Of a stretch of DNA of 64,000 nt, positions 1 through 10,400 are shown piece by piece (the stretch's first letter is position 1; each line of letters begins with the position of its first letter). Under the pieces are notes generated by a model. That model was given only the letters and a program-made list of their open reading frames with translations. It searched no databases and was not told the DNA's origin. The DNA comes from Candidatus Hydrogenedentota bacterium (lineage in GTDB: Bacteria > Hydrogenedentota > Hydrogenedentia > Hydrogenedentales > SLHB01), in the NCBI GenBank assembly GCA_045863335.1, contig BTVY01000003.1:128001-192000 (forward strand), in the 5' to 3' direction. Position numbers and translations under genes: made by a program.

Positions 1-2
1 TG

Positions 3-593
3 ACGCCAGAGCGCTTCTACGCGGTATTTCTACCAGCCATGCCCGGCCTGCACTGGTTGGGATACCAAGACGTACACGGCATGCCTTGCGTCAGTCCCGT
101 CGGCGTTACCCCGGCCGACCTTCCCGGCGCGAAACGGTGGCGACCCATGGTTGGCGGAGTTTCCCTGGCCATGCGCATGACGCCCAAGAGCCGCCCCTTC
201 GAAGCAGCCAATGTGAACCGTGGTACGAACCGGCCGGATCGGTGGACCAATCTCTGGATGTCCGACCCGACACACCCGTTTCCCGCGACGCTCGAACTGG
301 GCTGGCCAAAGGCGATTGCTTGTAGCACGATTCAACTGACCTTCGACACCAACGCAAATTACCGCGTACGCGACGCCCTGTTCCGATACCCGGAATGCGT
401 ACGCGACTACCGATTGGATTACCGGGATGGTTCGGCGTGGAAGCGCATTGTGGAAGTAACCGGGAACTATGTGCGCCGCCGCGTACATCGCTTTGATCGC
501 GTCAGGTCCGACGCGATTCGACTGACCGCGCTGGCAACGAACGGCAGCCCCAGCGCGCGGGTTTACGAAGTTCGGGTGTATGACGAAGCGTGA
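3..593 (+). CDS. 5'-truncated CDS: C-terminal discoidin/F5-8-like beta-sandwich, probably the tail of a larger enzyme such as an FAD-dependent oxidoreductase
   Basis: Frame is open from position 3 (TPERFYAVFLPAM...). The motifs NLWMSDP, IQLTFDT and ARVYEVRVY are typical of discoidin-like tails. Confidence 0.55.
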   Translation, partial: TPERFYAVFLPAMPGLHWLGYQDVHGMPCVSPVGVTPADLPGAKRWRPMVGGVSLAMRMTPKSRPFEAANVNRGTNRPDRWTNLWMSDPTHPFPATLELGWPKAIACSTIQLTFDTNANYRVRDALFRYPECVRDYRLDYRDGSAWKRIVEVTGNYVRRRVHRFDRVRSDAIRLTALATNGSPSARVYEVRVYDEA

Positions 594-628
594 GCATGTG
601 AGAAGGCAAAAGCAAAACAGTCACATAC

Positions 629-660
629 CGTCATTCTGAGCGAAGTGAGCAACGAGAATT
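629..660 (+). repeat. Degenerate GTCATTCTGAGCGAAG-type intergenic palindrome remnant
   Basis: cgtcattctgagcgaagtgagcaacgagaatt lies between convergent genes and resembles the GTCATTCTGAGCGAAGCGAAGAATC repeat class (recalled, not searched). Confidence 0.35.
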
Positions 661-661
661 A

Positions 662-1525
662 TCATTCGTCTTCGCTGCCACCGATCTTGAGATGCGCCAC
701 GACGGGAAAATGGTCGCTCGGGTAGCGCCCGTCGTAATTGTACGTCACCGTTTCACACCGATCCGCAACGATGCCGCCGCGGGTCATGATCCAGTCGATG
801 CGCCGGTCGGAATCGACTTCCGGCGCCTTGAAGGCGCCCCACGTGACCGCCGGTCCAACACGTTCCGCTGCCGTGTCCCATGCGTCAGCGAGTCCGCCGT
901 CGATCAGAATCGAATACGGGATGCTGTTTGCAGCGATGGAATTGAAGTCGCCTGTTAGAACCAAGGGAACATCGTCCGGCAATGTCTCGATAAAATCGAG
1001 CACCACCTTCGACCCGCCTTGCCGCGCCGGTTCGCTGCGATGATCGAGGTGGGTGTTGATCAAATAGAAGGCCTGACCGCTGGCGTGGTGGTGGAACCGC
1101 GCCCAAGTCGCCATGCGGTTGCACGCCGAGTCCCAGGAGGAACTGCCAGGCGCCTTGGGCGTTTCCGAAAGCCAGAAGTTGCCGGATTCGATTGGACTGA
1201 TTAAGTCGGCCCGATACAGTACGGCCATCCGCTCGCCGCTGCCGTCCGCTTCGCGTGCCACGCCGAACCAGCGAAAGTGGGGGAGTTGCTCCACCAGATA
1301 ATCCGCCTGGAAGTCGAGGCATTCCTGCGTGCCGATGACGATCGGGTCTTGTTCGCGGATCATGTCGACGACAATTTCTTTGCGATTTTCCCAGGAATTG
1401 TCGCCGTCGTTCGCAGAACCAAACCGGATGTTGAACGACATGACGCGGAGATCCACCTCTTCTGCAAGGGACTGTGCACTTGCGGTGGCAAGCAGACCCA
1501 GCACAACAAGAATTCGAAGGAACAT
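662..1525 (-). CDS. Secreted endonuclease/exonuclease/phosphatase (EEP) family protein
   Basis: Signal peptide; VMSFNIR, GTQE, NTHLDH, LTGDFN, RIDWI and PSDHFPV motifs. Confidence 0.9.
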   Translation of the reverse strand: MFLRILVVLGLLATASAQSLAEEVDLRVMSFNIRFGSANDGDNSWENRKEIVVDMIREQDPIVIGTQECLDFQADYLVEQLPHFRWFGVAREADGSGERMAVLYRADLISPIESGNFWLSETPKAPGSSSWDSACNRMATWARFHHHASGQAFYLINTHLDHRSEPARQGGSKVVLDFIETLPDDVPLVLTGDFNSIAANSIPYSILIDGGLADAWDTAAERVGPAVTWGAFKAPEVDSDRRIDWIMTRGGIVADRCETVTYNYDGRYPSDHFPVVAHLKIGGSEDE

Positions 1526-1559
1526 AAGTGCAAATCCTTTCCCATCTCAATGGCACTGA

Positions 1560-2495
1560 TTACGACTTGGCCGCAGGCGAGGACGCGCAACACGGACATT
1601 CGACGGCGGCGAATAACGCGCGAACCCGGTCTATTGCAGGTTCGGAAAAGAAGCCGGTGCTGGTGCGTTCATAAGATTCCCGCAATGCGTCCACTTCGCG
1701 ATCCAACTGGCTGTGGAGCGCCGATATCCCCTCGCGCGCATCCCGGTCCAACTTCTTTGCAAGCCGTTCCACATGATCGCGCAGGATGCGGATGTCGTTC
1801 CAATCGCCCAGCGTCTGTTGGGTCTCTTTGAGGATAGCTAAAAAAGTCGTCATGGGTTCGTCATACAGGGGATGAAAAACTTCGCAGGTGTAGCGCAGCC
1901 GCTTGAACGCGATTCGGACCTGATGGAGATCTTCGTCGCCGTGGGACTCGATCCACATCGCGTTTTTCGCCACGACTTTGTCCAACCGCTTGTTCAGATT
2001 CGCGGCGGCCGCATCCGCGTAGCACCTCTTTCTACTCTTTACGTTGGAGAGAAGCTTCTCGAGGCTGGTCGAGAAGCGGCCATCCTGAATGAGATGTACG
2101 GAAGCGTCCACATTGGGATCTTCATCCTGACGCTCGGCGCGCAACGCGCGGAGGACTTTGGTGGCGGCGGTACGGGCCGGACCCTTCAGGGTCTTTCGGC
2201 GCTGACTCAGAAGATCAACGGTCACATCCAGTTCTCGAGCCGTACCGAGGCCCCGGGTCACGGCGCGCACCCGGCACTGAAACTCCTCCAGAACCTTCTT
2301 TTTGAATGTTTTTTTGTGCGCGCGGAGGTGGGAGCGGATTCTGCGTGACGCGACCCGGACGTCGTGAATCGCATCGGCATCGTTGTCGCCGGCTGGTCCC
2401 GCGGCAGCCTCCAAGGCTTCCACTCGCTCGGCAAGCGACTGGGTCGCAAATTCCTCATAAAGACTGCAGTGCTTAGGCACGTCGAACTCCGTCAA
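1560..2495 (-). CDS. CHAD domain protein (polyphosphate binding)
   Basis: IHDVRVASRRIRS, LGTARELDV, LHQVRIAFKRLRY and LGDWND motifs; the TTG start overlaps the upstream stop (TTGA). Confidence 0.9.
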   Translation of the reverse strand: MTEFDVPKHCSLYEEFATQSLAERVEALEAAAGPAGDNDADAIHDVRVASRRIRSHLRAHKKTFKKKVLEEFQCRVRAVTRGLGTARELDVTVDLLSQRRKTLKGPARTAATKVLRALRAERQDEDPNVDASVHLIQDGRFSTSLEKLLSNVKSRKRCYADAAAANLNKRLDKVVAKNAMWIESHGDEDLHQVRIAFKRLRYTCEVFHPLYDEPMTTFLAILKETQQTLGDWNDIRILRDHVERLAKKLDRDAREGISALHSQLDREVDALRESYERTSTGFFSEPAIDRVRALFAAVECPCCASSPAAKS

Positions 2496-3205
2496 TCTTC
2501 GTGGCGGATACGGCCCCTCCAGCCTTCCGGAAGGCCATAGGCATGCACAATGCGCACATCCGGCGAACGGGATATTCCGCCAGGATTCAACCCCGGCTCC
2601 CCTTCCGGGACCGGCACTCCCAACTCCTCATAGTAGTCTACCCAAGGTCCGAAAGTCTCTCCGGTCTTCGGGTCGCGAAAGGTCATGGGTTCCACGGCAA
2701 AAACAGGCTCCCCTTCGTTTGCCAGCCGGAAGGCTTCGTACACGAGTTCCGAGCAGTAGAAAGTCGAGTCCTCCATGACATACACCGAGTCGTATGGCAA
2801 TCCCATGAAGCGGCGCGCTGTGTCGAGCGCGTCCGGTATGAGCGCAGCGTATGGTTCGTCCAAGCGGCCAACCAGGACTTTGGGGTGGCCTTGGGCGTCG
2901 TGGCTTCGGTCCAGGAATGTGGACAAGGGTGTCTCGACGACTCCCGCGCTGACCGCTTCCAGGATCAGGGGTTCGGTACCATCCACTTTGGAGACGATTC
3001 CGACGTGCGAAAGGTGCGCCCCATCGATGCCGCGCGTGACGGTTTCAATGGCATCGCAGAGGGGACCGCAGTCGATATCCTGAAACAAGAGATCGCCCGG
3101 TTGCAGCGCGAAGTCCGCGTCATGCGAACGATTCGATTGACACCCCGACGAAACTAGCCCAATTGTCCATAGTGCTATCAGCGTTTTTGCAAGGGGTCTT
3201 CTCAT
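2492..3205 (-). CDS. YiiX/YaeF permuted papain-like amidase (C92) lipoprotein
   Basis: Lipobox-like VSSGC; LQPGDLLF, SHVGI and FYCSELV motifs; ATG at 3205 overlaps the upstream TGA (ATGA). Confidence 0.85.
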   Translation of the reverse strand: MRRPLAKTLIALWTIGLVSSGCQSNRSHDADFALQPGDLLFQDIDCGPLCDAIETVTRGIDGAHLSHVGIVSKVDGTEPLILEAVSAGVVETPLSTFLDRSHDAQGHPKVLVGRLDEPYAALIPDALDTARRFMGLPYDSVYVMEDSTFYCSELVYEAFRLANEGEPVFAVEPMTFRDPKTGETFGPWVDYYEELGVPVPEGEPGLNPGGISRSPDVRIVHAYGLPEGWRGRIRHED

Positions 3206-3825
3206 CTCTCCTCGACTTCTCCGGTAATCTCCACTTCGAGACCGAATGTATCCTCGAATAGCCCGCGTTTTCGCTGCCCGCCCCAGATATCGGTGGGGCT
3301 GGATCGACGGAGTCCCACCGTGATGGCGATCCGGGCATCCTGCAGCTCCGCGCGAAGATCTCGCACGGCCGCGTCGTGCGCGCGGTCCAGTCCGTCCGCG
3401 ATTCGGAGTAGTGCTGCGAGCTTCGTGACCAATGCCTGCGAATCGGAGTCCAACTCGCAAAAAATCTTGTGCGACTTACTTGGATGCGTCTTCCGGTGAT
3501 ACCGGGCAATCATCGCTACAACCGCCCGTTCCGTCTCCGAGAACCCCGGCAGTTCATAACCCAGGATCAAATCTCGTGCGTGTTTATGGTGCCCTTGTTC
3601 GCTAATCGTATGGCCGATGTCGTGCAATAACGCGCCCGCAGACAGCAAGCGACGCGCGTCCGCACCCAGGCCATGGATAAACGTGGTCCGATCAAACAGG
3701 ATCTCCGCCAACTTGCACACCTGGAACGCGTGTTCCGGCTCGGGGTCAACCTCCCGGGCGAGACGCCGTACCGACGCAATTCCTGGGTCGGCGGCACGCG
3801 CTTTATCCGGTTGGCGTCTCGTCAC
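3202..3825 (-). CDS. Stand-alone HD domain protein resembling the Ppx/GppA C-terminal HD region
   Basis: EHAFQV...ALLHDIG...HHKH...IARYHRK...LRIADGLD; the N-terminal ASKHA domain is absent. Confidence 0.85.
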   Translation of the reverse strand: MTRRQPDKARAADPGIASVRRLAREVDPEPEHAFQVCKLAEILFDRTTFIHGLGADARRLLSAGALLHDIGHTISEQGHHKHARDLILGYELPGFSETERAVVAMIARYHRKTHPSKSHKIFCELDSDSQALVTKLAALLRIADGLDRAHDAAVRDLRAELQDARIAITVGLRRSSPTDIWGGQRKRGLFEDTFGLEVEITGEVEER

Positions 3826-3840
3826 AGCGGCGATCCCAGA

Positions 3841-6800
3841 TCATTCCTTGGTGAGCGCGCTCAAACCCAGGTCGACGAATTGCCCGCCACTGGTCTGGCG
3901 GCAGTGCATGGCGATGGCATTTTCTTTTCCGGGTTTGAACAGCTTCCGTTGCTCCGGCGTAAGGGGAATCCGCTCGTAATCGCGGAGGTAGCCCTTGCGC
4001 TCCACCAGCAAATCGCCGTTAACGTACACCTCGACATCCTCATCGTGATGCAGCATCAGCCACGCCGGGGCCGTGTCGAAACCTTTCGGTATAGCGACGC
4101 GCGTTCGCAACCAGATATCTGCGGTGGTCCAGTCAGTGCCGACGCGGGCGTTCGGCGTGCCATTCGTCCCAAACCCCGCCTTTCCGCTGGGCCAACCACC
4201 GTCATCGAAATCCCCCGCGCGCCATCCATCGCCGGGGTCAGCCGTCGTGTACCGCCACTCCGCGCCGTTGGGACCAGTCTTGATCAGCGTTTCCGCGCGG
4301 CTGGCGATCGCGTTCACGGCCTTCGCCGATTCCTCGGGTTTGGCAGCGCCTGGCGTCAATTCCAGCAAGAGCGTCGGATCCATGGGCCACTGCCCCATGG
4401 TCGCGCCGTAGAGCGCCAGGCCGCCGATATGCGTTGCGTCAGCCGCCACTTCGAATCGAATGGGAATGGTGCGGTCACTGCTCATCGCGGATTGAACAGC
4501 TTTCAAGGCCTCGCCTTCGAGCGGCAGGTTCACGATGCGCCCGTAGGAACCGTGATGGTATGCGGCCACGTGCGACAGCACACCCTTGGCGTCGGCGAAG
4601 TCCGAGGCAATCGTGACCGTATCGACCGGCACTCCGGCAATCGACACCGTGACGTCAGTCGGCCATTCCTTCCCGTCGGTCTGCGGGTAGTCTTCGGGCT
4701 TGGTGCGCGCGGGCCAGTCGAGGCGTTCCTGGTCGGCCTTGGCCCCGATCTCCGCGACCAGCCGGGCACCCACGATATCTGCAGGTTTCATCCCCTTCGG
4801 AAACTGGAGTTGATACTCGAAGAAGGTGGATTTGAAACCGCATACCTTATCCGCCTCCGCTGGCATGACTTCCCCGGAATCACCGAGGTTGGTGCCGGAG
4901 TACGACTGGACTGGGAAAGTTGATGCGTACAGATTCGGCTCGTTCCACACGGAACCACCAGTGACGTGGACGACACAATAATTTGCGCCAACCCTTTTGC
5001 CTTCGGCCAACACCTCGGCGACCACCGAAATCAACCCGGTCCCATTCGGCGCGGTGAAGTCAAAGGTCCCTTGCGGCGTGACGCGAAATGGCGTTGCTTC
5101 GACGCCGCGCTCGACCGCGGGAATCCACTCGTTCCAGGGGCGTCCATCGACGGTCTTCCCGTGGACTGAATACCGAATCTTCAAGTTCTGCCGTTGCGAC
5201 CAATGGCTGAGCAGCACGGGAATCTGCACCGTGTCTCCTGCCGCGACCTTCTGGTAGGGTGGACAATCCAGCACGGGAAAATCGGCGCTCTGGAGATCGG
5301 CCACGGAGATGTCGGCGGGATAGTTGTAGACCTTGTCGGATCGGTCGTAATTCATGAATCCGTTGTGTTCCCACTCGATATCGGACAACTCCGTGTAAAT
5401 GTATCCGGTAATCTTGTCGTACTTGCGAAGCAGGTTGGTCAGGAACAGGAAGACCCATGAGATGTCGCGGTCGCCGGAGCCGGCGCTGACCCCACCGTAT
5501 TCCGAATTCATGAGCGGCGCGGTTCCCTGAACCCATCCCTCGGCATAGTTGAACTGCGACCCCGGGTAGGTTTTCTCAACGACCTCCGCGATGTGATCCC
5601 GGGCGCGCTCGAAATTGTCGATGTAGAAGTGCCAGGAATTGATATCCGTCTCTGTGTGGTCGTAATTGCACGGTGAGTTCTCTTCAACAAGTCGCGTAGG
5701 GTCCAGCTCCTTGGTGAGTTTCCACATGGAGTGCGCCCACTCTTGTGCTGCCTTGTCGTAGCCCTCGTGTCCGATGCCCCAGGTCTCGTTAAAATCGACC
5801 CACGCAAAAATGCTCGGGTGGTTGAAATCCCGGTCGACCTGTTTGCGCAGCGTGTATTCCCATGCGCCGTACGCCCGGTCCGACTTGTCCCAGAAATTCG
5901 GCACGTCGCACATGAGCAGCACGCCCAGCTTGTCCGCCCAATACAAGGCCCGCGGTTCCTCGGTCTTGATATGGATGCGCAGGCAATTCAGGCCGTATTC
6001 CTTCGCCTTCTCATAGTCGCGCCGGATGTATTCGTCGTCGGGATGGGTATAGATGCCTTTCGGATTGAATGACTGGTGCAGCGCACCCCGGAGGTAAATC
6101 GGCTTGTTGTTCAGCAGGATATATTCAAACTCGCTGCCGCCGTAGGTTCCGCGCGACACTTTGCGCATGCCGAAGTACGTGCTCACCTCATCGACCACGA
6201 CGTCGCCGCGCTGCAGCCGGACCGTGACGTCGTACAGGGCGGGGAAATCGGGAGACCAGAGCGCCGGGTTCGGAACGGCCAATTCCAAGGTCGCTTGGTT
6301 GGGGCCTTCTTGTAAAGCGACCTGCTGCGACTGCGACACCGTTTGCTCTTCGTGGCGCGCTTCAATTGCCAGCGTGTAATCGCCGGCCTCCGGCGCGAGA
6401 ACGGTCGCATTCACGACCGCGCGCTCGGCATCAATGTCCGGGCTGACGTGGGCGCGCTCGAAATAGGCCGCGCCGCGCGATTCGAGGTAGACCGTCTGCC
6501 AGATGCCGCCGACGTGCGTGTACCAGCGGACCTGTTTGCCGGTCGGGAGGTCCGGCGCGTTGTAGTCCTCGACGCGCAAGGTCACGAGGGCCGTTTCTCC
6601 GGGCTTGACCAGATCACTCAGCTCGATCTCGAAAGGCGTGTACCCGCCTTCGTGCGTCAAAATCTCCTGGCCGTTGACCCAAACCGTGGCCTTCCAATCC
6701 ACGGCGCCAAACACGAGAAAGTATCGCGGTCCCGCGTCGGTTGGAATCGGTATGTCGCGCTGGTACCATGCGACCCCGTCATAGTCGACGTTGTGAATGC

Positions 6801-7038
6801 CGGAAAGTTCGCTCTGCCACGGGTACGGCACATTGATCTGTTCGCCGAACTCGTGCGTCTCGAACCAGCGTTCCGCGACGCCTTTGTCGTCGGGGTCGAA
6901 GTCGAACTGCCACGGTCCGTTTAAATTCACCCACGGACGCGCCCAGTCCGGCCGGGGGTGAGATTCGAGCGACTGCCAGGCTTGGGACCAGGCTGGTGTA
7001 CATGCCAATACCAATGCGACGACACTCCGGCTGCTCAT
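3841..7038 (-). CDS. Secreted glycoside hydrolase family 2 with C-terminal accessory beta-sandwich domains
   Basis: HPRP/NLNGPWQF, FGAVD, HEGGYTPF and GIWQTVYLE motifs; acid/base FNETWG; nucleophile region NSEYGG. Confidence 0.9.
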   Translation of the reverse strand: MSSRSVVALVLACTPAWSQAWQSLESHPRPDWARPWVNLNGPWQFDFDPDDKGVAERWFETHEFGEQINVPYPWQSELSGIHNVDYDGVAWYQRDIPIPTDAGPRYFLVFGAVDWKATVWVNGQEILTHEGGYTPFEIELSDLVKPGETALVTLRVEDYNAPDLPTGKQVRWYTHVGGIWQTVYLESRGAAYFERAHVSPDIDAERAVVNATVLAPEAGDYTLAIEARHEEQTVSQSQQVALQEGPNQATLELAVPNPALWSPDFPALYDVTVRLQRGDVVVDEVSTYFGMRKVSRGTYGGSEFEYILLNNKPIYLRGALHQSFNPKGIYTHPDDEYIRRDYEKAKEYGLNCLRIHIKTEEPRALYWADKLGVLLMCDVPNFWDKSDRAYGAWEYTLRKQVDRDFNHPSIFAWVDFNETWGIGHEGYDKAAQEWAHSMWKLTKELDPTRLVEENSPCNYDHTETDINSWHFYIDNFERARDHIAEVVEKTYPGSQFNYAEGWVQGTAPLMNSEYGGVSAGSGDRDISWVFLFLTNLLRKYDKITGYIYTELSDIEWEHNGFMNYDRSDKVYNYPADISVADLQSADFPVLDCPPYQKVAAGDTVQIPVLLSHWSQRQNLKIRYSVHGKTVDGRPWNEWIPAVERGVEATPFRVTPQGTFDFTAPNGTGLISVVAEVLAEGKRVGANYCVVHVTGGSVWNEPNLYASTFPVQSYSGTNLGDSGEVMPAEADKVCGFKSTFFEYQLQFPKGMKPADIVGARLVAEIGAKADQERLDWPARTKPEDYPQTDGKEWPTDVTVSIAGVPVDTVTIASDFADAKGVLSHVAAYHHGSYGRIVNLPLEGEALKAVQSAMSSDRTIPIRFEVAADATHIGGLALYGATMGQWPMDPTLLLELTPGAAKPEESAKAVNAIASRAETLIKTGPNGAEWRYTTADPGDGWRAGDFDDGGWPSGKAGFGTNGTPNARVGTDWTTADIWLRTRVAIPKGFDTAPAWLMLHHDEDVEVYVNGDLLVERKGYLRDYERIPLTPEQRKLFKPGKENAIAMHCRQTSGGQFVDLGLSALTKE

Positions 7039-7099
7039 GTGACTTCTCCATAGAAAAACGAGGCGCCCCTACAACGATCTGACGTGGAAACGGTATCCT

Positions 7100-8884
7100 A
7101 TGGCGGCTTGGACCGGGGAGTCAACCGATCCTTCAGGGAGGCGATTGGAACCGCTCAGTACAGAACTTATCGCGCCGAACGCAAAGACACGGCTTGTTGT
7201 CGTGCGGCTCGCGCTGGTTTGCGCGACATTGGTCGCGTGCGCAAGTGCTTACTCCGCGCATCTCACGTCCTTCCTTCACGCCAAGGAGTACGCGCTGGCC
7301 ATTGGCGTCGCGGCGTTGGGCATGCTGACCTTGATGAACGGCAGGGTCTCCCGGGTGGGCGTATCATTTCTCATTCCGCTCTTGGCGCTGGTAATCGTTG
7401 CCGTGAGTGCAGGTCTCGCCGGATTTACCACGCTGAACCGCGCAGCGGCCATCGAACTGCTCCGGTGGTCTGTTCTCGCCTTGTTCGTCTTGAACGTGTT
7501 TGACATCTTGGCGGCAGAGCGGGGGAGACGAGTGGTTTGCGCCGGCATAATCGCTTCCGCGGTAGCCGTGAGTGCCTTGGCGCTCGCTCAGTTCGCTGGT
7601 CTCGTGCCGGTGCTCTTCCCGGTGTACGAAGGACATGCGCACCCCTTGTATTCCGTCTTCGGGAATCCGGGTCTCATGGGCGGCTATGTCGCTCTCGGAC
7701 TCCCCATCGCGTTCCATTTTGCGTCCGGAAAAACCGGGGCGAGGTTCGTATGGATGGCGTCTATCGTTCCCATTTGCGCCGGACTAGCGATCTCCGGCAC
7801 CCGGTCCGCCTGGGCCGCTGCCCTGGCTGGGGTCCTATTCGTCCTGGCCTATGAACGCCTGTGGAATCGCTATGCCGCCGCTACCTTGCTGCTAGTCTTG
7901 TTGGCCGTCGCCGCACTTGTCCTCATCGCTCCCGACCAGACCATCGGTCGTTTCGAATCCGCAGCCTTGGGCGGAGATTCCAGTTCGAGCCTCCGCTTCT
8001 GGTTTTGGTCTGGAGCCATTGAACTTATTCGAGAATTCCCCGTCTTTGGCGTGGGACCGGGGAATTTCGCCTATCACAGTCCTGAAGCGCTTGCGCACGT
8101 GCTGCACGGTCCCGGTGGAGTGCAGTTCGCCCACAACGAAGTCCACACCTTGCATGCCCATAACGACTTCCTGGAACTCGCGGCGGAAACCGGTGCCGTT
8201 GGCTTGCTCCTGATACTCTGGTGGTGCCTGAGACTCGTACGATGCCCCGGACCGGAGTGGGGAAGTCTGATTGCGTACGCCGTGTTCGCGGCATTCTATT
8301 TCCCCACCTTCAGCTCTCCGCACGCCCTGGTCGCGCTCATTCTGGCAGCCGTGCTTTTTGCCCGCCGTCATGATGCCGAGGCGAAACCGGCTGGCCGCGC
8401 AGCCGCCTCGCTGGTGGGTCTCATATCCATGGCCGTGTTGGGACTCGTGGTCTGGATGGTCCTGATCCCAAGCTTCGAGTACCGCGAAGCATTGGACCGG
8501 CATCTAGCGAAGGACGATCCCATTCCAGCCTACGAACGTCTTGCCGCGCACCCTTGGGCGCCGACCGGAGTCCATGAGAAACTGGGGCTGGCGTTGCTCC
8601 AGGCGGGTCAGAACGAGGCTGCGGAAACCGAGTTCAAGAATGCACTGATCTCGATTGACACCGGCGCCGTGTATCTCGGACTCGGTGTCGCCCTTTTCCA
8701 GCAGGGCAAGTTGGACGAAGCGCGAGAAGCCTTTGAATCCTGCGTTTACCGCTGGCCGTCCCACGCTTACGCCTGGGAATTGCTCCTTCGTGTCACGCCG
8801 CAGGAAGATCGCGGCAAGGTCCTTGAGCGCGCCACCACCTGGTTAAGCAGGGAAGATATCGAGCGGATCGATAAGTTGGAATAG
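7100..8884 (+). CDS. O-antigen ligase family (Wzy_C) membrane protein with C-terminal TPR
   Basis: Multiple TM segments; FGNP, SGTRSAW, GVGPGNF and HAHNDFLE motifs; TPR-like tail. Confidence 0.85.
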   Translation: MAAWTGESTDPSGRRLEPLSTELIAPNAKTRLVVVRLALVCATLVACASAYSAHLTSFLHAKEYALAIGVAALGMLTLMNGRVSRVGVSFLIPLLALVIVAVSAGLAGFTTLNRAAAIELLRWSVLALFVLNVFDILAAERGRRVVCAGIIASAVAVSALALAQFAGLVPVLFPVYEGHAHPLYSVFGNPGLMGGYVALGLPIAFHFASGKTGARFVWMASIVPICAGLAISGTRSAWAAALAGVLFVLAYERLWNRYAAATLLLVLLAVAALVLIAPDQTIGRFESAALGGDSSSSLRFWFWSGAIELIREFPVFGVGPGNFAYHSPEALAHVLHGPGGVQFAHNEVHTLHAHNDFLELAAETGAVGLLLILWWCLRLVRCPGPEWGSLIAYAVFAAFYFPTFSSPHALVALILAAVLFARRHDAEAKPAGRAAASLVGLISMAVLGLVVWMVLIPSFEYREALDRHLAKDDPIPAYERLAAHPWAPTGVHEKLGLALLQAGQNEAAETEFKNALISIDTGAVYLGLGVALFQQGKLDEAREAFESCVYRWPSHAYAWELLLRVTPQEDRGKVLERATTWLSREDIERIDKLE

Positions 8885-8896
8885 ACCGGACTGGCT

Positions 8897-10348
8897 TCAC
8901 AGTCCAATCGTGAGGGGCAGGAAGCCCGTGACAGTTCCCTGGAACGCCCCATCTTCGGGCGTGGCAATTCGCAGCGTGTAACGTGTTTCGGGCGTGATTG
9001 GGTGTACAAATCGATACGGTGCCTGGCTTGTCGCGTGCTGGATGGCACCGTTAGCGGACAGTTCCACGGTCATGGGCAAACCTGGGCTTCCGGTTTCGAG
9101 GTTGAAAAAGACGCGATCGCACTGCGCGTCCAGCCAAGGGGAGCCCGAGGTCGACCAGACCAGAGTGCATATGTAAGGCGCTTTACCCCCGGGAATGGGC
9201 AATTCACGGGGTTCGTTCTGCGAGAGTTCGGCGTAGCGCGCGATCAACGGCCAGTCCCGCACCGGCTCCATTCCGACCATGCTGATCCAAACGACGAGCG
9301 CAAGGGTCGTGGCGAGCAGCGAGTGCGCTAGCCACGCGACTACCACCCGGCCGTAATTTCCATCCGGGAGAAATAGTGCAAGCACGAACGCGCTCGCGGC
9401 CGCCGGCCCGGCAATCGCATAGGGTTGATACTTCAACGGTGTCCAGAGCAGCAGGTACGTGCACGATGCGACAAGAAGTCCCGCGCCGGACGCGTCCACG
9501 AGATTGAGTCCTCGAATCCTTGCGATCCGAAAGATGGCAAACAACAGGAAGGGACCGCCCACCGCGAGCGAGACTCCCACGGCCGCACGGGGCATATACA
9601 GGCTCTGGCCGAGTGCTTCGTAAAGGCTTGCAGGCATTTCCGCGACCGCCGTTTCCGAAGGGAATCGGACCAGCGCGACGTAGAGGGCCGCGGCAAAAGA
9701 GGCGACTGCTGCGATTCCACCCAGCAAGGGCCTGAGCCAGAGCATAACGGACGACGGAGCGGCCTCACTTGGTCGAAGGTCTGCCGGAGTATGCCGTTGA
9801 TTCAACTGGGCGTGGCACTGCCAACAGCGATCAAATTCCTCACTATTCTGAGCGCCGCAGTTCCTGCAGACCCTTCCCGTGCTGAGATTGATTCCGCTGT
9901 CGCTGTCCCCGAGGTGAAGTTTGTCCCGAGGCGTATCGGCGGGACCAATCCGAAGGCGCTCGATGGCCCGGCCCGCAATGGAATGATCGGGATCGAGCCG
10001 AACTACCTCTTCCCATGCTTCGGCGGCCTTCTCGTAGTCGCCCATGACCTCCCGCACTTTGGCGAGTTGTTCCCAAACGGGAAGCTCCAAGGGCCACTGG
10101 CCGAGGATGCCTTCCAATTCGTCGACCGCCTCCTGGTAACGCCCTAAACGATAGAGCGTTGCGGCCAGATACCGGAGCACGTTCAGTTTCCGGGTCCAGT
10201 CTTTCTTAAGGATGAGGAGATGCCGGAGGGCTTCGTTATACTCCCACGCCATGTACAGCTTCTTCGCGAGGCGCCAACGGTAATCGTAGGCCTCGGGATG
10301 CTCGACGACGTAGTCCGCCAACTCCTTCAGATCGTTCATTTCGTTCAC
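8897..10348 (-). CDS. TPR + zinc-ribbon + multi-TM hypothetical protein
   Basis: N-terminal TPR-like helices, CRNC...CWQC, about 6 TM helices and a soluble C-terminal domain. Confidence 0.7.
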   Translation of the reverse strand: MNEMNDLKELADYVVEHPEAYDYRWRLAKKLYMAWEYNEALRHLLILKKDWTRKLNVLRYLAATLYRLGRYQEAVDELEGILGQWPLELPVWEQLAKVREVMGDYEKAAEAWEEVVRLDPDHSIAGRAIERLRIGPADTPRDKLHLGDSDSGINLSTGRVCRNCGAQNSEEFDRCWQCHAQLNQRHTPADLRPSEAAPSSVMLWLRPLLGGIAAVASFAAALYVALVRFPSETAVAEMPASLYEALGQSLYMPRAAVGVSLAVGGPFLLFAIFRIARIRGLNLVDASGAGLLVASCTYLLLWTPLKYQPYAIAGPAAASAFVLALFLPDGNYGRVVVAWLAHSLLATTLALVVWISMVGMEPVRDWPLIARYAELSQNEPRELPIPGGKAPYICTLVWSTSGSPWLDAQCDRVFFNLETGSPGLPMTVELSANGAIQHATSQAPYRFVHPITPETRYTLRIATPEDGAFQGTVTGFLPLTIGL

Positions 10349-10400
10349 AAACCTGATTCCAGCCCGGTTCCGGGCGGAGCTGCTTGCCGGACCTGATGGA

